From Hyphochytrium catenoides (taxonomy: Eukaryota; Protista; Hyphochytriomycota), in contig FLMG01003777.1 of NCBI GenBank assembly GCA_900088475.1, positions 11,145 through 75,144 of the forward strand: 64,000 nt of DNA. The letters run 5' to 3'. The position numbers and the translations under genes were made by a program. The notes under the pieces were generated by a model. That model saw only the letters and a program-made list of their open reading frames with translations, ran no database searches and had not been told where the DNA came from. Shown here one piece after another: positions 1 through 11,195 of the stretch (positions are counted from its first letter, which is position 1; the number at the start of each line of letters is the position of its first letter).

Positions 1-1330
1 AGGATTAGCTACGATGATTGAAGAGAGAGAAGGATGGACACGGAATCACTTAATAACCTCAAGCAAATGCAGAAAGGGAGGGTAGGCGTATGAAATGCTC
101 CGCAAGAGTGGTATGTTCCATAAGCATTTCCCTTGTTTATCTTACCTGCCTTGTCAGGCTCCTCATCTAGAGGCAAAAATTCAGGTTCGCAGAAGCGGTC
201 CAAATCTTCCTTAAGAGTCTTTAGGGGTTTCTCATGCGAGACAAGTTCGAAGCCTCTCCCCTCGACAGCTATAACTTCGTGTGAGTGCTGCGCAATCAGA
301 GGAGGGACAAAAAGATGGTGTGTCAGTGCCCCAATATGATTCTTAAAGCAGGAATATAGGATATGGTGTCACATTGAAGAGCTTAGTCGCCCCACCGCAC
401 TCACTTCACTTTGCCCTGCCAACACTTCTTCAACCATAACGCGAATAGGCCTATATCTACCAACCCAAAAGAATCGACGGCAGTATGGCTCTTCTCTTCC
501 TTCTCCCTCCTCCTGTTTACATACTAACCAACTCTTCCTACCTGAGCCACTGTATGGACAAGATCGTGGTAATAGGAGGCCAGCCCCTTACTGCGCTTGA
601 GTGACATACATCGATCTTGTCGGTTGGTGAAATAGTCTTCGCTCAAGTTCGCCCCGCTCATTATGAGCTGGTCGTCGAATACATAGGCCTTGAGATGAAA
701 GACACCAAGCGTCTCATTCCAAGGCGAAGGCGTCCATTTCAAAAGCCCTCGAAGAATGGGTGCGCGGAAGAGACTACGGATATAGACGGCAGGTTAACGC
801 AGCAGCCGGAGGAAGGTAGGTTCAAAGGTATAGCTGCAAAGTCGAGCAAACCAATCCTCCGCCATCCGTGGCCGCAAGAGACAGGCTTGTCAGCTTGGTT
901 TGAAGATATTACCTTAGAGTAAATCGTCCCGGAAACTTTGCAGCCAATGTGCCAATGACGTCTACCGAACTCTTGGGTCGATTCCGTTGGCCTCTAGAGT
1001 AGTCGAGGACGATCTGGACTCGGAGATCGGGATTTTTCTCAAGCGCCAGTTCTAATGCATCCACCAAGCCTCTCTCCAAACCTCCAGTGCCCTATGAATG
1101 TAAAGTAGCCTGATAAGCAACAAATCACCTTGAACAAAAGGTGTTCGCCCTACAATACCAAGTATAGAGATGCAATGGAAATCTGCTGTTTCGCCTCAAG
1201 AATCCCGTTCTTTAACGCCTCGTAGAAACCTGAGGGGGTATTGATGATCTCTATGTCGTCACCATGAAGAGACACGGCAGGCGCTCTTGCGCGGAGGCCG
1301 CTGTATATACCCTTCAGGTAATCATCCATT
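1..1330 (-). CDS. PGS1: CDP-diacylglycerol--glycerol-3-phosphate 3-phosphatidyltransferase (PLD-family PGP synthase), 3' end runs off the window
   Basis: ATG at 1330. Spliced reading MDDYLKG...EIINTPSGFYEALKNGILEAKQQISIASLYL|GTGGLE...VQIVLDYSRGQR... followed by the HKD motif HLKAYVFDD and the PGS1 signature SGANLSEDYFTNRQDR. Introns are GT-AG. Confidence 0.93.
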
Positions 1331-2380
1331 GAGGGAGTCAGGAGCTATAAGGCAAAAAAAGTGAGAAATCAGGACATCGGCCACCCCAATATGTTACTGC
1401 CATGTACCTGACGACTGATACTGTAGGACATGCTCGCTTGACGCGACAATTTGAACCGCCGATGGGAGTCCTCTTTCCTGAGCACAGCGCATAGGTTTCG
1501 TAGGCTTTGTACTGATCGGAGCGGTATGCCATACCGAAAACCTGTGGCATGCATCTTGCCACCTACGGTCAACCAGCTATAGAGGATGCCGCATTTAGCT
1601 CTCTGTACACTCTAGACTCTACACGCCATCCCCACACTCTATGTCCGAGCACCAGTGGATGACAGACCACCTTCTGTCGCCTCAGTCAGACGTCGCTGCT
1701 GCTGCTGAAGCTCAAGAAGAGCTGAGAAGAGTGAGACAGAGTTCAAGCTCAGTCATCAGAATCTTGATGGTCCCTTGCCCAAAGGCCATCACACCATCAC
1801 ACCTAAGGATAAAGTCCGAGGGAAGCTCTGGACTGAAGCGACACCCTCAACGTACATCATAACAAGGTCGTACGCACGTATTACGACATGCTACATGCTT
1901 GTAGCAGGGTACCGCGCGTGCGAGAAAGAGTGATAGAGACATAGAGCGATCAGCGAGAAAGCTATCTTAGCAGTATGTACTTTTCTTGATAGGGTAGCAG
2001 ACAGAGAATGAAGAGATGCCAATGCACCCGTTGGATACATTATCTTAGGACAGGCGTTGGTCCCCACCCACATTCTTCACTCATCGCCTTGGCACCTTGA
2101 CACCTGTCATCTCCTGCTGTCATCGCCTCTGCCAAATCTCTCAGATGCTGGATGAACGAGCTCCATGAGAGACAGAGAGACGCCTTCCCTTCCATTTATA
2201 AAGACTTGCAAGACTTCCTATCCTGGCAATTGCCTCGAAGACATACTTCGGGCAGTCTCCGGCAGAAAAGGATCCTGAGTCCAGCGGTTTTAGTTCAGAC
2301 ATACTCTACTGTGCGTCACTCCGATCCACTCTCTTCAAAGCGAGAAGCAGGAGAGAAAGACTAGCGTTCAAGCTCTAAAC

Positions 2381-3460
2381 ATGGCACAGCCAGCTCCCCC
2401 ACCAGGGCCTGGCCAGAAGCCAGCCTCCATGAACAGAATGATGGTCATGCTGCCGATGTTGTTCTTGATGGGCAAAGTTGACTGGGAAGATCCCAACATT
2501 GTCACCCTAGCTCGCGTGGCATTTTTTGCTATCCAGATTGTTCAGGTCGTGATGATCCTTTATATTAAGCAACAGATCCTAGCCAAGAAGGATGAGCGGA
2601 AGATATTTGTAAGCCCACCGAAGAACCCTCTGGCGCCAGCGGAGAACGCGGCGAGGATAGAGAAGACTTATCTGTCTCACGAAATGGAGCAGGCTGACGG
2701 CTCTCTGAGGCAGATTGGCATCAATTCTGTGATCACCTCAGTTTTGCACTTCTTCCTGGGCGTTAACCAAGTTCTCCTAATCCAGTCTGCCATGACTCCA
2801 TTAAATGTGTGGGAGAATCCTCTGTTCAAGATCTACATCTTCAAAAAGCAGATCCCGCGACCTTGGGGCGAGCTTCTGGAGGGCGAAACGGAGACGCAAG
2901 CCGCCGCCGTAGCTGCGGGCGATGCAAGAGGCGGCAGCACTGAGCTGAGCTTGGACGAGCTTATTACCAAAACGTGGGAAGATGGGGAGGATGCCGACTT
3001 CTCTGCAGTCTTACCGCTTGCGCTGAAGAATCCTGACTTCCAAACAACCGCTGGAGGCTGGACTTTACTCATGGTAGCCTGCGGAAGCCCAGTTGATACA
3101 ACCGCTGTCATCCCACGCCTGGTGAATGCTGGAGCCAGCGTGATGTTGAAAGATGCCGAGGGCTGGACAGCTCTGCATTGGTCTGCCTTTCACGACAGGC
3201 CAGAATCAGCGCAGGCCTTGGTGGACGTGGTCAGGAAAAAGCATGGCAACTCTATGATAGCGCGTCTCCTGTCTGCTGAATCGGCCGAGGGCAAAACGCC
3301 TCTAACACTAGCCGAAGAAGAAGAGAATGAAGAGATGGCGAGAATCCTTAGGGAACTATCGTCCACAGAAGTACCTGATGCAGATGATGGTATTCGAAGA
3401 CGGAAGAACAAGAAGGAATCAGAAGTTGAGGAGGAGGAGAACAGTGTTGATATCGACTAA
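2381..3460 (+). CDS. Pho88/SND3-family ER membrane protein fused to C-terminal ankyrin repeats (single exon, 359 aa)
   Basis: N-terminal half has Pho88-like TM segments and the pattern ...LHFFLGVNQVLLIQSAMTPLNVWENPLFKIYIF...RPW. C-terminal half has ankyrin motifs GWTLLMVAC, GWTALHWSA and GKTPLTLA, then an acidic tail. Confidence 0.85.
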   Translation: MAQPAPPPGPGQKPASMNRMMVMLPMLFLMGKVDWEDPNIVTLARVAFFAIQIVQVVMILYIKQQILAKKDERKIFVSPPKNPLAPAENAARIEKTYLSHEMEQADGSLRQIGINSVITSVLHFFLGVNQVLLIQSAMTPLNVWENPLFKIYIFKKQIPRPWGELLEGETETQAAAVAAGDARGGSTELSLDELITKTWEDGEDADFSAVLPLALKNPDFQTTAGGWTLLMVACGSPVDTTAVIPRLVNAGASVMLKDAEGWTALHWSAFHDRPESAQALVDVVRKKHGNSMIARLLSAESAEGKTPLTLAEEEENEEMARILRELSSTEVPDADDGIRRRKNKKESEVEEEENSVDID

Positions 3461-4231
3461 CTCTGTAATAGCAGCTTAATAATGTGCCTTTGTGAGTGCC
3501 GTCCTCCGTGTCCTTTTCCTTTGCCGCACTGTCGTTGGCTCAGCAGATGAGCTAGACAACTCTGTTCAATCTACAGCGTGCCATCTCGGGTGTCAAGCGT
3601 CAAACCTATCACTCGCCGACAGCCGGGCTGTTGCTGGATCCGTATACGATGCATGGCCCTGAGAGAAGTTGGCTTAGTTTACAGTCACACGACTGTAACG
3701 GTAGGAAGGAGAACTTTATTAGCTCAATTGCAGGCGAGATGTACATAGAGGAGCAGAGCTGGGGATGAGAGCGGTTGACAGACGGCAGTGGGTTCACCAG
3801 GAGCAGCAAAGCCTATCTACACTTAGGGTGAAGCTAACGAGACTAGAAAGAGGAGAGACGGAGTGTAATCATAGTGGACTTATTATAATTAAGGCTAGAG
3901 GAACAATCTCTCAATGGGCCGCCGCTTTGTCTTGGCCGACCTGGTGGCGCCAGCAGACACGATGACACGGACTTAGGATGTGAAGCTACGTTAACGATGT
4001 TGCCGAACTCGTACGCGACAAGAACGGAGAGGTTGTGATCAACCACATTGGACGGCTTACGATGTGGACCCAAAACAAGGCGAGACAGAGCATAGTCTGA
4101 GCATAGATGACCAGACGGGAAGAAAGAGTTGATAATAAGACAAGGCAGAAGCAGGAGAGTCACAGCAAGGAGCACGGGCAATCAACAAAATCAGAAGTAA
4201 GCAAGTTGCAAAGTTCGTTCGGACCTCTGTG

Positions 4232-5851
4232 CTAGAGATCCACGCCACCACCACTCTCTTCACTGCTGTCACTGCTAGGCATGGCGACAAATTGCCGCAT
4301 TGCTCTTGCTTTAGCAGAGTTCACTCCCGAGGAAGCAGGGGTCGCGCTGGTTTCTCTGAGATCACTTGACTGCTCCCCTTGTCCATCGGAGCTCCTTCTG
4401 ATGTCATACAGCTTTCCCTGTACCTCGCGTTGCAGCGTAGCGGTAGGAACGGTCGTGACTGTGACGTTGTCAGGAGAAGGTTGCCAACCCATCACCCTTG
4501 TGGTGTAGAGCATTGGACTCTCCGTTTCTTCGGGTGCATTAGAGGGAGGTTGTCCATACACTAGAGGCTGCGCCAGAACAATAGCGGCTGGTGAAGGCGT
4601 TGTAAGAGGGACAGATGGTGATGAATTCCAGGGGCCAGTAGGAGCGGTGAACGGCGCTGTCTGCTCTTGCTGCCGTTGTCGTGCGGCTATCAGCTGATAG
4701 TCATTGGCACTGGAGGGTTGCTGATTAGGCATCATATTCACTTCTTCTTCGTCCGTAGCCGAGAAGGGGTCAGCTTTCCCACCGTCTATAGTCCTACCAG
4801 TTCCCTCTTCTTGTCGCCGCCTTACCTTATCTTTTCCTCGTCGTTTTCGCCACCTCTGAAACCCCACAAGGACAGCAACTGCCACCAGGGCAACGCAGAC
4901 TGCAGCTATGATCCCTCCGATGGCCCCTGCACTAAGCCCACCGTCATCCTCCTGAGGAGGTACGGTGGTGGTCACAGGGCTAGTGCTGAGAGGCTGTTTG
5001 ACCCACGCTGATCGCACACAGACTCCCTCTAAACCTGTAGCGATGGGTGTCGAGGCTGGAACTCTGACTGCTAGCGTATAACAGGCTTCGCCCTTTTGAC
5101 AGGTACTTCTAAAGCCTTCAACGTTGTTCGCCTTCACCTCTGTCTGGCAGGGCGGTGTACCATCGGGAAGAAGACCTTGCCTAGCGACTTCGTAGAGATG
5201 ACAAACTCCTCTAGAGAAAGTCCTAGAGGCGGTATCATAGCATGTCGTCGATGAGAAACCATCAGGACAGCGGCAAGAAGCAAATGGTGAGCCACAGTCA
5301 GCATCTTCCTTGCAGTTCCCACTGGAAGGCTCCTCTACATCCTCTGGCGGGCCAGCATAGATGCCACTGTAACACTTGTTGCTCCCAAGGCATACTTCGT
5401 AGTCTGTGCAGTTGCCCTGAAGCCCATTCGTCTTGACAGCTACGTAGGACTCTTCGCACTTCTTCAGCGTGTCGGTGACAGCATAGCAAACGCCGCTTTG
5501 AAAGGCATAGGTGCGCGATGAAGTATTGTACGGATCTTGGACCACAGAGACGCAGGTAGTTGAGGCCACACTGTCTCTACAGCCGCAAGCGAAGAAGTCT
5601 CCTAGCTTCTGACAATCTTCAAAGTAGATGCAGTCGTAGGAACGTGAAAATCTTCTGGCGGAGACGACCACAGCAGGTGGACCAGACAGCGACAGATACG
5701 ATCGATTATTGGAGAGGAAGACGGAGACTGTCAGCAAAGACAGCAGTAGGTTCCTGACCCCCATCCCTCGTCCTTTTACAACGGGAGGAGAGCTTGGTGA
5801 GTGAAGAGACCTATCGTTCCTCTTGGTGCTCAAGAAGTTAAGGATCTCCAT
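4232..5851 (-). CDS. Hypothetical single-pass type I membrane protein with two Cys-rich extracellular repeats
   Basis: Uninterrupted ORF of about 540 aa. Hydrophobic leader (RNLLLSLLTVSVFL), two related Cys-rich units, a Ser/Thr/Pro stalk, TM segment GLSAGAIGGIIAAVCVALVAVAVLVGF, basic stop-transfer QRWRKRR, and a disordered tail. The true start may be the MGVRN codon near 5764. Confidence 0.8.
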   Translation of the reverse strand: MEILNFLSTKRNDRSLHSPSSPPVVKGRGMGVRNLLLSLLTVSVFLSNNRSYLSLSGPPAVVVSARRFSRSYDCIYFEDCQKLGDFFACGCRDSVASTTCVSVVQDPYNTSSRTYAFQSGVCYAVTDTLKKCEESYVAVKTNGLQGNCTDYEVCLGSNKCYSGIYAGPPEDVEEPSSGNCKEDADCGSPFASCRCPDGFSSTTCYDTASRTFSRGVCHLYEVARQGLLPDGTPPCQTEVKANNVEGFRSTCQKGEACYTLAVRVPASTPIATGLEGVCVRSAWVKQPLSTSPVTTTVPPQEDDGGLSAGAIGGIIAAVCVALVAVAVLVGFQRWRKRRGKDKVRRRQEEGTGRTIDGGKADPFSATDEEEVNMMPNQQPSSANDYQLIAARQRQQEQTAPFTAPTGPWNSSPSVPLTTPSPAAIVLAQPLVYGQPPSNAPEETESPMLYTTRVMGWQPSPDNVTVTTVPTATLQREVQGKLYDIRRSSDGQGEQSSDLRETSATPASSGVNSAKARAMRQFVAMPSSDSSEESGGGVDL

Positions 5852-8118
5852 CACGAACAGCGATGTCTAGCCACTTGATCCTAGTCTTGCCAGAAAGGGT
5901 GGGCAATAAGGAGCCCTGTGGGAATAGGGAAACGGTAGAGACAGAGATGATAGTGATTTCTTGACAAAAGGCGGGAAGAAGCTTCAGCCAACCAGGAGCA
6001 AAGGTTATTACTAGCTTGGGCAGGATATTACGCCAGGAAGGGGCAATAGCTTTGTGAGACTCTTAGCAGCGGATACCGCTCAGAAAGACATCTTCATGTT
6101 CCCTGCAGAGGTCCTGCTGGGTTATTGAAGCGTGATGCGCGCCAGCGCCATGGGGGCGTGCTAGACACCATGCTAGTTGGAGACAGATAGGACATAGAAC
6201 TTGATGCACAGAGGACGACAGAGAGGCAGTCAAGGATAAGTTTAGTTTATCATTAGGATCGATGAACATGCTACTATCCTCACTGCACAGAGAAAAGACA
6301 AGGAACCACACTTTATAAAGCAAAGCACGGCCACCGCTTAACCCTCCTGGGAAACCAGAAACCAGGCACAAAGCCAACGCGACAGAGTGGTCTGCCGCCC
6401 TCTGCCACATAACAACATAACAATGGATGGTATGCTTGAAGAAAAAAAGGATAGAACTGTTCGTGAGAATCAGCTGCGGTCACCTTCCTTGTGGCTTGTG
6501 CTCCCTTTTCTCTTTTGCAAGTACTGCTGGGCAGCTACAGATAACAACGACATTCCTCTTGCCCTCCCCTTCTGCCTGCTGTCAGCCAGAAGAGGAGTTA
6601 GAAGAGCCTTACCGGCAGCACCACAGCTGGCACGCTGCCCGCTGCATCAGGCTCACTTCTCATCACCACCCTTGCGAGCACCACCTCGTCCCCTCCTCTC
6701 CCCTGTCTTATCTTCCTCATCGCCTTGCTGACGGGCCTTGTGATGACGACAATGTCATCATCCCTCCTCTCTCTTTGTTAGGACGGAGCTGTGATGATGG
6801 ATCAGCAGCAGAGAGCTGAGAAGGATGAACAGCAGCAGGGCAGCAGCAGCAGCAAGAGACAGGGAGACAGGGAGGAAGGAAGAAGGAAGAGGACTAGGGG
6901 CCAACACATGCAGGCGAGGAATCGGAAGGTGAGTGGATGATAGGAAGAGTGTGACTATCGTAGCAATGATAGAAGCCTGTATGGGACGGGTGGGCGGATG
7001 AGTCAACCTGATAGTCAAGTGAGCCCTTGAGTCTTCTTCTTCTTCCCCTTTTCTTTCTCCTCGTCGGTCCTTGTGTCCTTGTTATCCCGCCACCACCTCC
7101 TCCTCTCCCTTCTGCCGCCTCGTGGTGGTTGATGATGGCTTGCAATGCGCTTTTGCGAAGTTATTATAAACAAGGATGAACAATGGCAACCAACAGGTCG
7201 CAGAACAAGCCGCGTGGTGCCTGATAATCAAGAGGAGGCTGCTGCTCGCTCGCCGCTGCTGCTGCTGCCGCACACTCCCGCGGGCTTTTTTTGCGGACAA
7301 TATCTTCTGCTTTGGAATGAGCAATGGGCAATGGGACTCCGCCACCACCAACTCAACAGTAGGGCGACAACACTATCAGCACGTCCTTAATAACTATGGC
7401 GAGACTATAGGTAAGTAGGTATCGTAGTAGTGGTGGTGCTGCGTCGTGTGGCGCTTATGATGATAATCCGACAATGATTACACTGATTGATAGTAGCTAT
7501 AGGGTGGGAGGGAGAAGCACACGCACCGTCTTGGAACGAAAGAAAGAGTTCTTCCGGATGAAGAAGGAGAAACTGATGAATTAGATGATGAAAAAGATGA
7601 TGAAGAACCGCCGCAGAAAAAGAAAAAATGATGATGATGTAGTACGTCACGATGATAAATGATAGCAACGGAGATGATGTGAGGACTGGACGATGATGGT
7701 GCTAGCTTTCTGATGGATGAGAGGTGAGAACAAAGCACATTTTTCTCTCAACAGCAGGAGGTCAACAAGAAGCTGGCTTCATCATCATCTTCTTCTTGGT
7801 GGTGGTGGACCTTATAGTTATTAGTAGTATTGAAAAGTAAATGAACCTGGCTTGTGTAGGCAACAGTAAATAAGAATACTGTAAAGCACTTGGCAGGAGT
7901 GGACAGTTAGAGAATCTAGAGAATCATACACTCAGAGAAACCACACAAACGAATACCTGTGATAACCTATAATAGAATCATACCGTAATCATATTTATCG
8001 TAATCTAGTTACTGTCTGTGAGAGGGACTGTATCTAACGTACATTTTATCATGGGTTTGTGATCAGTGATCAGAGACGCTGAACTACTGACAAATCTGCG
8101 CTGATGGTCAGGTCACCA

Positions 8119-8137
8119 CGTGGCCCTATTGCATTGG
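8119..8137 (-). promoter_or_regulatory. Canonical ER stress response element (CCAAT-N9-CCACG) overlapping a CCACGTGG G-box
   Basis: Plus strand CGTGG-ccctattgc-ATTGG is the reverse complement of CCAAT-N9-CCACG. It lies about 220 bp upstream of the SLC35B1-like ATG. The motif match is exact; function is inferred. Confidence 0.55.
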
Positions 8138-8357
8138 TTTCTTCCAGACCGAAGAGACGGAGTTCGGGGTCGCTTGATGAAGGAGCAAAGAATCTCTCAT
8201 CAGCAGGTCAAACCAACTGCCCATCGGAAGACAAGCAGACATAAGTGCTCCCATTACACCTCCTACGCCCAGTTTCGGGGCCACATTGTGTATTTCATAG
8301 CTTAAGGAGGCTTGTGCTTTCTGAGGGAGCTAATCCGGAGCTTCTAACAACGCAATT

Positions 8358-10230
8358 ATGGGCCGCAGCGACCCTCTAAAGCTACTTGTAGCTGTCGGCG
8401 GTATATACGTCTGTTACATATCGTACAGTCTCTACCAAGAGGAAATGTAGGTAGCCACGGGCTTGACAAATGGCGCGACTGCATCTGACTCGATCGGATT
8501 TCGTAGCTACAAGTACCGTGGGCCAAAGGGGGAACGCTTTACCTCTACCTTGTTTCTTCTCTTGGTACAATGCAGTGTGAACTTCCTCTTCGCGCTATTC
8601 GGTAGGTGACACTTCTGGAGTTTCGAAGGCTCACTAAGAGATGCTTATTCTCACGTCTCTCTGTAGGGTCGCTGATTCTTGGTGGCTCAGCAAAGCTCCC
8701 ATGGCACTCTGTAATGTTTACAGCGGCCTCTTACATTGGAGCAATGACCTGCAGCAATGAGGCGCTTAAAGTAAGAAAATCCGTGCTGTCCTTTTGGCAC
8801 TGGAACCGTTTGAAGCTAAGTTTGTTCGACAGCATGTTAGCTTCCCTACTCAGGCACTGGCGAAGTCCTGCAAGATGATCCCCGTGGTAATTAGAACCTA
8901 ATCCTATCCTACCTTTTCCTGCGAACGCTCTTTATTGATACATCAAAACCTCTCACGTAGATGTTGATGGGTATCTTCATTAGAGGAAAGCGCTACACTT
9001 TACAGGAGTACCTCTGCGTTGGGCTGATTACATTGGGCATCTCACGTATGGACAAGAGCTTGCTTTAGGCTTAGTTGTAGTTTGCCTTGTCTTGCCTTGG
9101 TGTGTCTCCTTCCTCTTTCTGCCTCTTTTGCTGCTGTTTGTACGTCTTATGTGGACTGCATAACCTTCGGCTCTGCTTGAAGGTCAAGGGCTTGCTTTCT
9201 TTCTCGTCCGTTACGGTTGATTTGCTAACTGTTCCTTCCTAGTCTTTCAGCTTGGTTCAAAAAAGAACAAGGTTGAGAAGGAAAATAGCCTTTATGGCAT
9301 GGCCCTGCTATTCCTCTCTCTCGTCCTAGACGGAGTGACGGGCCCGTCCCAGGAGGTTGTCATCCAGAATTACAAGCCTACCACGCACCAGTTGATGATG
9401 CATACGAATGGTTGGGCTATAATTTACCTCCTGATAGGTACTAACGGACCTTACACTAGTGCCGTAGCAATAGCCAAGACCAGCGGCCCTATCATTGACT
9501 TACGCCACCCTTACCCTATCCTCTGGTCCCCTCAGATACTGCCATTTACAGGTCTAGGCGCCGTTTGTTTGGGACGCTCTGACAGATTTCTCTCCTTTGC
9601 AGGTTGTGTTGTAACTGGGCAGCTGCAGACTGGCCTCTCTTTTCTACTCGACCATCCCCTTATCCTGCAGTCAGTAATCGTCTTTTCGTTAACCAGCGCA
9701 GCAGGTAAAATGCTTGGAAGGTCTAGCTTGAGCTACTTTAACTGTGTTTCCCGACAATCCGGGAACTTCTAATGTCCCCGCTTTAACACTATGTAGGCCA
9801 AAACTTTATCTTCTTCACCATCAAGAATTTCAATGCCCTGGTCTGCACAACCATTACGACTACTAGAAAGTGCGTGACGGTGATCCTGTCGGTAGTTTTC
9901 TTTGGTCATTATCTTGTACAGCAGCAATGGCTGGGAGTTCTCCTGGTAAACATTGGACTAGGTAAGCCTTGAAAAGTGACTGATCTGGAGGCTATCGCTA
10001 AACGGCAGGCGGGAGAGGTCTTTGACAATTCTGTCCTGCTTATAGCATGGGAGTTGAAGAGCAAGTACGACAAGCACAATGCTCGTCTGAAGGAGCATGC
10101 CCTAAAGAAGGATCAAACGGAGCTCGGGGATGTAGGCCTGCCAGAGGGCCAGATGAAGGCTAACGGAGTCACAGCAGCTTCTGCGACTTCCAATGGCAGA
10201 AGGAAGTCTAAGACGCGCAGAGCTGAATAG
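8358..10230 (+). CDS. SLC35B1: UAA-family ER nucleotide-sugar (UDP-Gal/ATP-ADP) transporter, SLC35B1/HUT1/UTr1-like, 9 exons
   Basis: Spliced reading MGRSDPLKLLVAVGGIYVCYISYSLYQEEI...SYIGAMTCSNEALK|HVSFPTQALAKSCKMIPV|MLMG...LSLVLDGVTGPSQE...GQNFIFFTIKNFNALVCTTITTTRKCVTVILSVVFFGH. All junctions are GT-AG. Confidence 0.92.
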
Positions 10231-10392
10231 AGATAGACTGCCGCTACCTTAGCTATTTATCACAGAAGTCATCATATACACCGCATCCCCCTCATGTAAG
10301 CTTCTCGTAATGTAGGGTAGGCTGATCAAAAAGCCCAGCCGCCTACGATTCTATTGAAGGTAATACATAAGAGACTCGGGGACTCCATAGCA

Positions 10393-11130
10393 TTACAACT
10401 CTTTCTTCTCAAAGTCCTGAATATTTAAGAGCTCTACTTCGAAGACAAGAGTGGCTCCACCAGGAATCTTTGGAGGAGAGCCCTGAGCTCCATAACCCAG
10501 ATTGGCAGGAATCACGAGCTTGCGCTTTTCACTGTAATCATAGTGTTGTGAGGCGGGATGATGTGAGAAGTGTTATCTGTCATATGGTTAACTTACCCGA
10601 TGCACATGTTGCTCAGTCTTGATGATATTTTAGTATGCAGAGGAGGATAGAAACGAAACGTCAGTTGTCATTATAAGCGGTACCTGTCCTTCATCTGATG
10701 TCTTACCCTCTGTCCCATCCCTGCATACGGATAAGGTCAACACGTTGTCAGTTCGATGGATGCACAGATGGTGCCTTTTATGGGCTTACCTGGATGACTT
10801 GACCGATACCAAGCACAAATTCAAATGGCTGTTTGCGGTCCACACTGGAATCAAACTTAGAGCCATCGGAGTAGAGGGTGCCGGTATAGTGCATCGAAAG
10901 TTTATCTCCGACAGTGGACTTCCTAACGCATGTGTTGGGACGGTGCTTCATGACGCCCATGTGAGCAAATGTTAGTCACCCAAAGACGATCACGGGCTGA
11001 CCTTGACGCCGATACGAAGTTGCGAGTCCGGAGGCAAGTCCTCCTTCTTCTGCTTTGCCAAAGTCAAAGTGCCCAGCTCAGCAGCGACAGCAAGCAGGCA
11101 CAGGAAAGAGACCACTGTGAACACCTTCAT
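10393..11130 (-). CDS. FKBP2: ER-lumenal FKBP-type peptidyl-prolyl isomerase (FKBP2/FKBP13-like), 5 exons including 14-nt and 21-nt micro-exons
   Basis: Signal peptide [17 protein letters not shown], then LRIGVK|HRP...[22 protein letters not shown]...[10 protein letters not shown]|GWDRG|LSNMCIG|[35 protein letters not shown], ending in KKEL*. Confidence 0.95.
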
Positions 11131-11176
11131 GGTTTGTCAATGTAAGCCTCTGCGATAGCACGTACGTTGGAAGGCG

Positions 11177-11195
11177 CGTGTGTGAAGATTATTGG
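11177..11195 (-). promoter_or_regulatory. ERSE-like element (CCAAT-N10-CACG) about 47 bp upstream of the FKBP start codon
   Basis: Plus strand CGTG-tgtgaagatt-ATTGG reads CCAAT-aatcttcaca-CACG on the FKBP sense strand. Confidence 0.5.

Noticed and set aside
1867-1906. Two adjacent short hairpins (gtcgta/tacgac and tgctaca/tgtagca) in the PGS1-Pho88 divergent intergenic region
   Set aside because: Stems of 6-7 bp are expected by chance, and there is no ncRNA motif.
6063-7800. Many overlapping 80-130 aa ORFs in a CAT/GCA/GAA triplet-rich block
   Set aside because: Low-complexity sequence with no recognisable domain, and I could not build a consistent exon chain.
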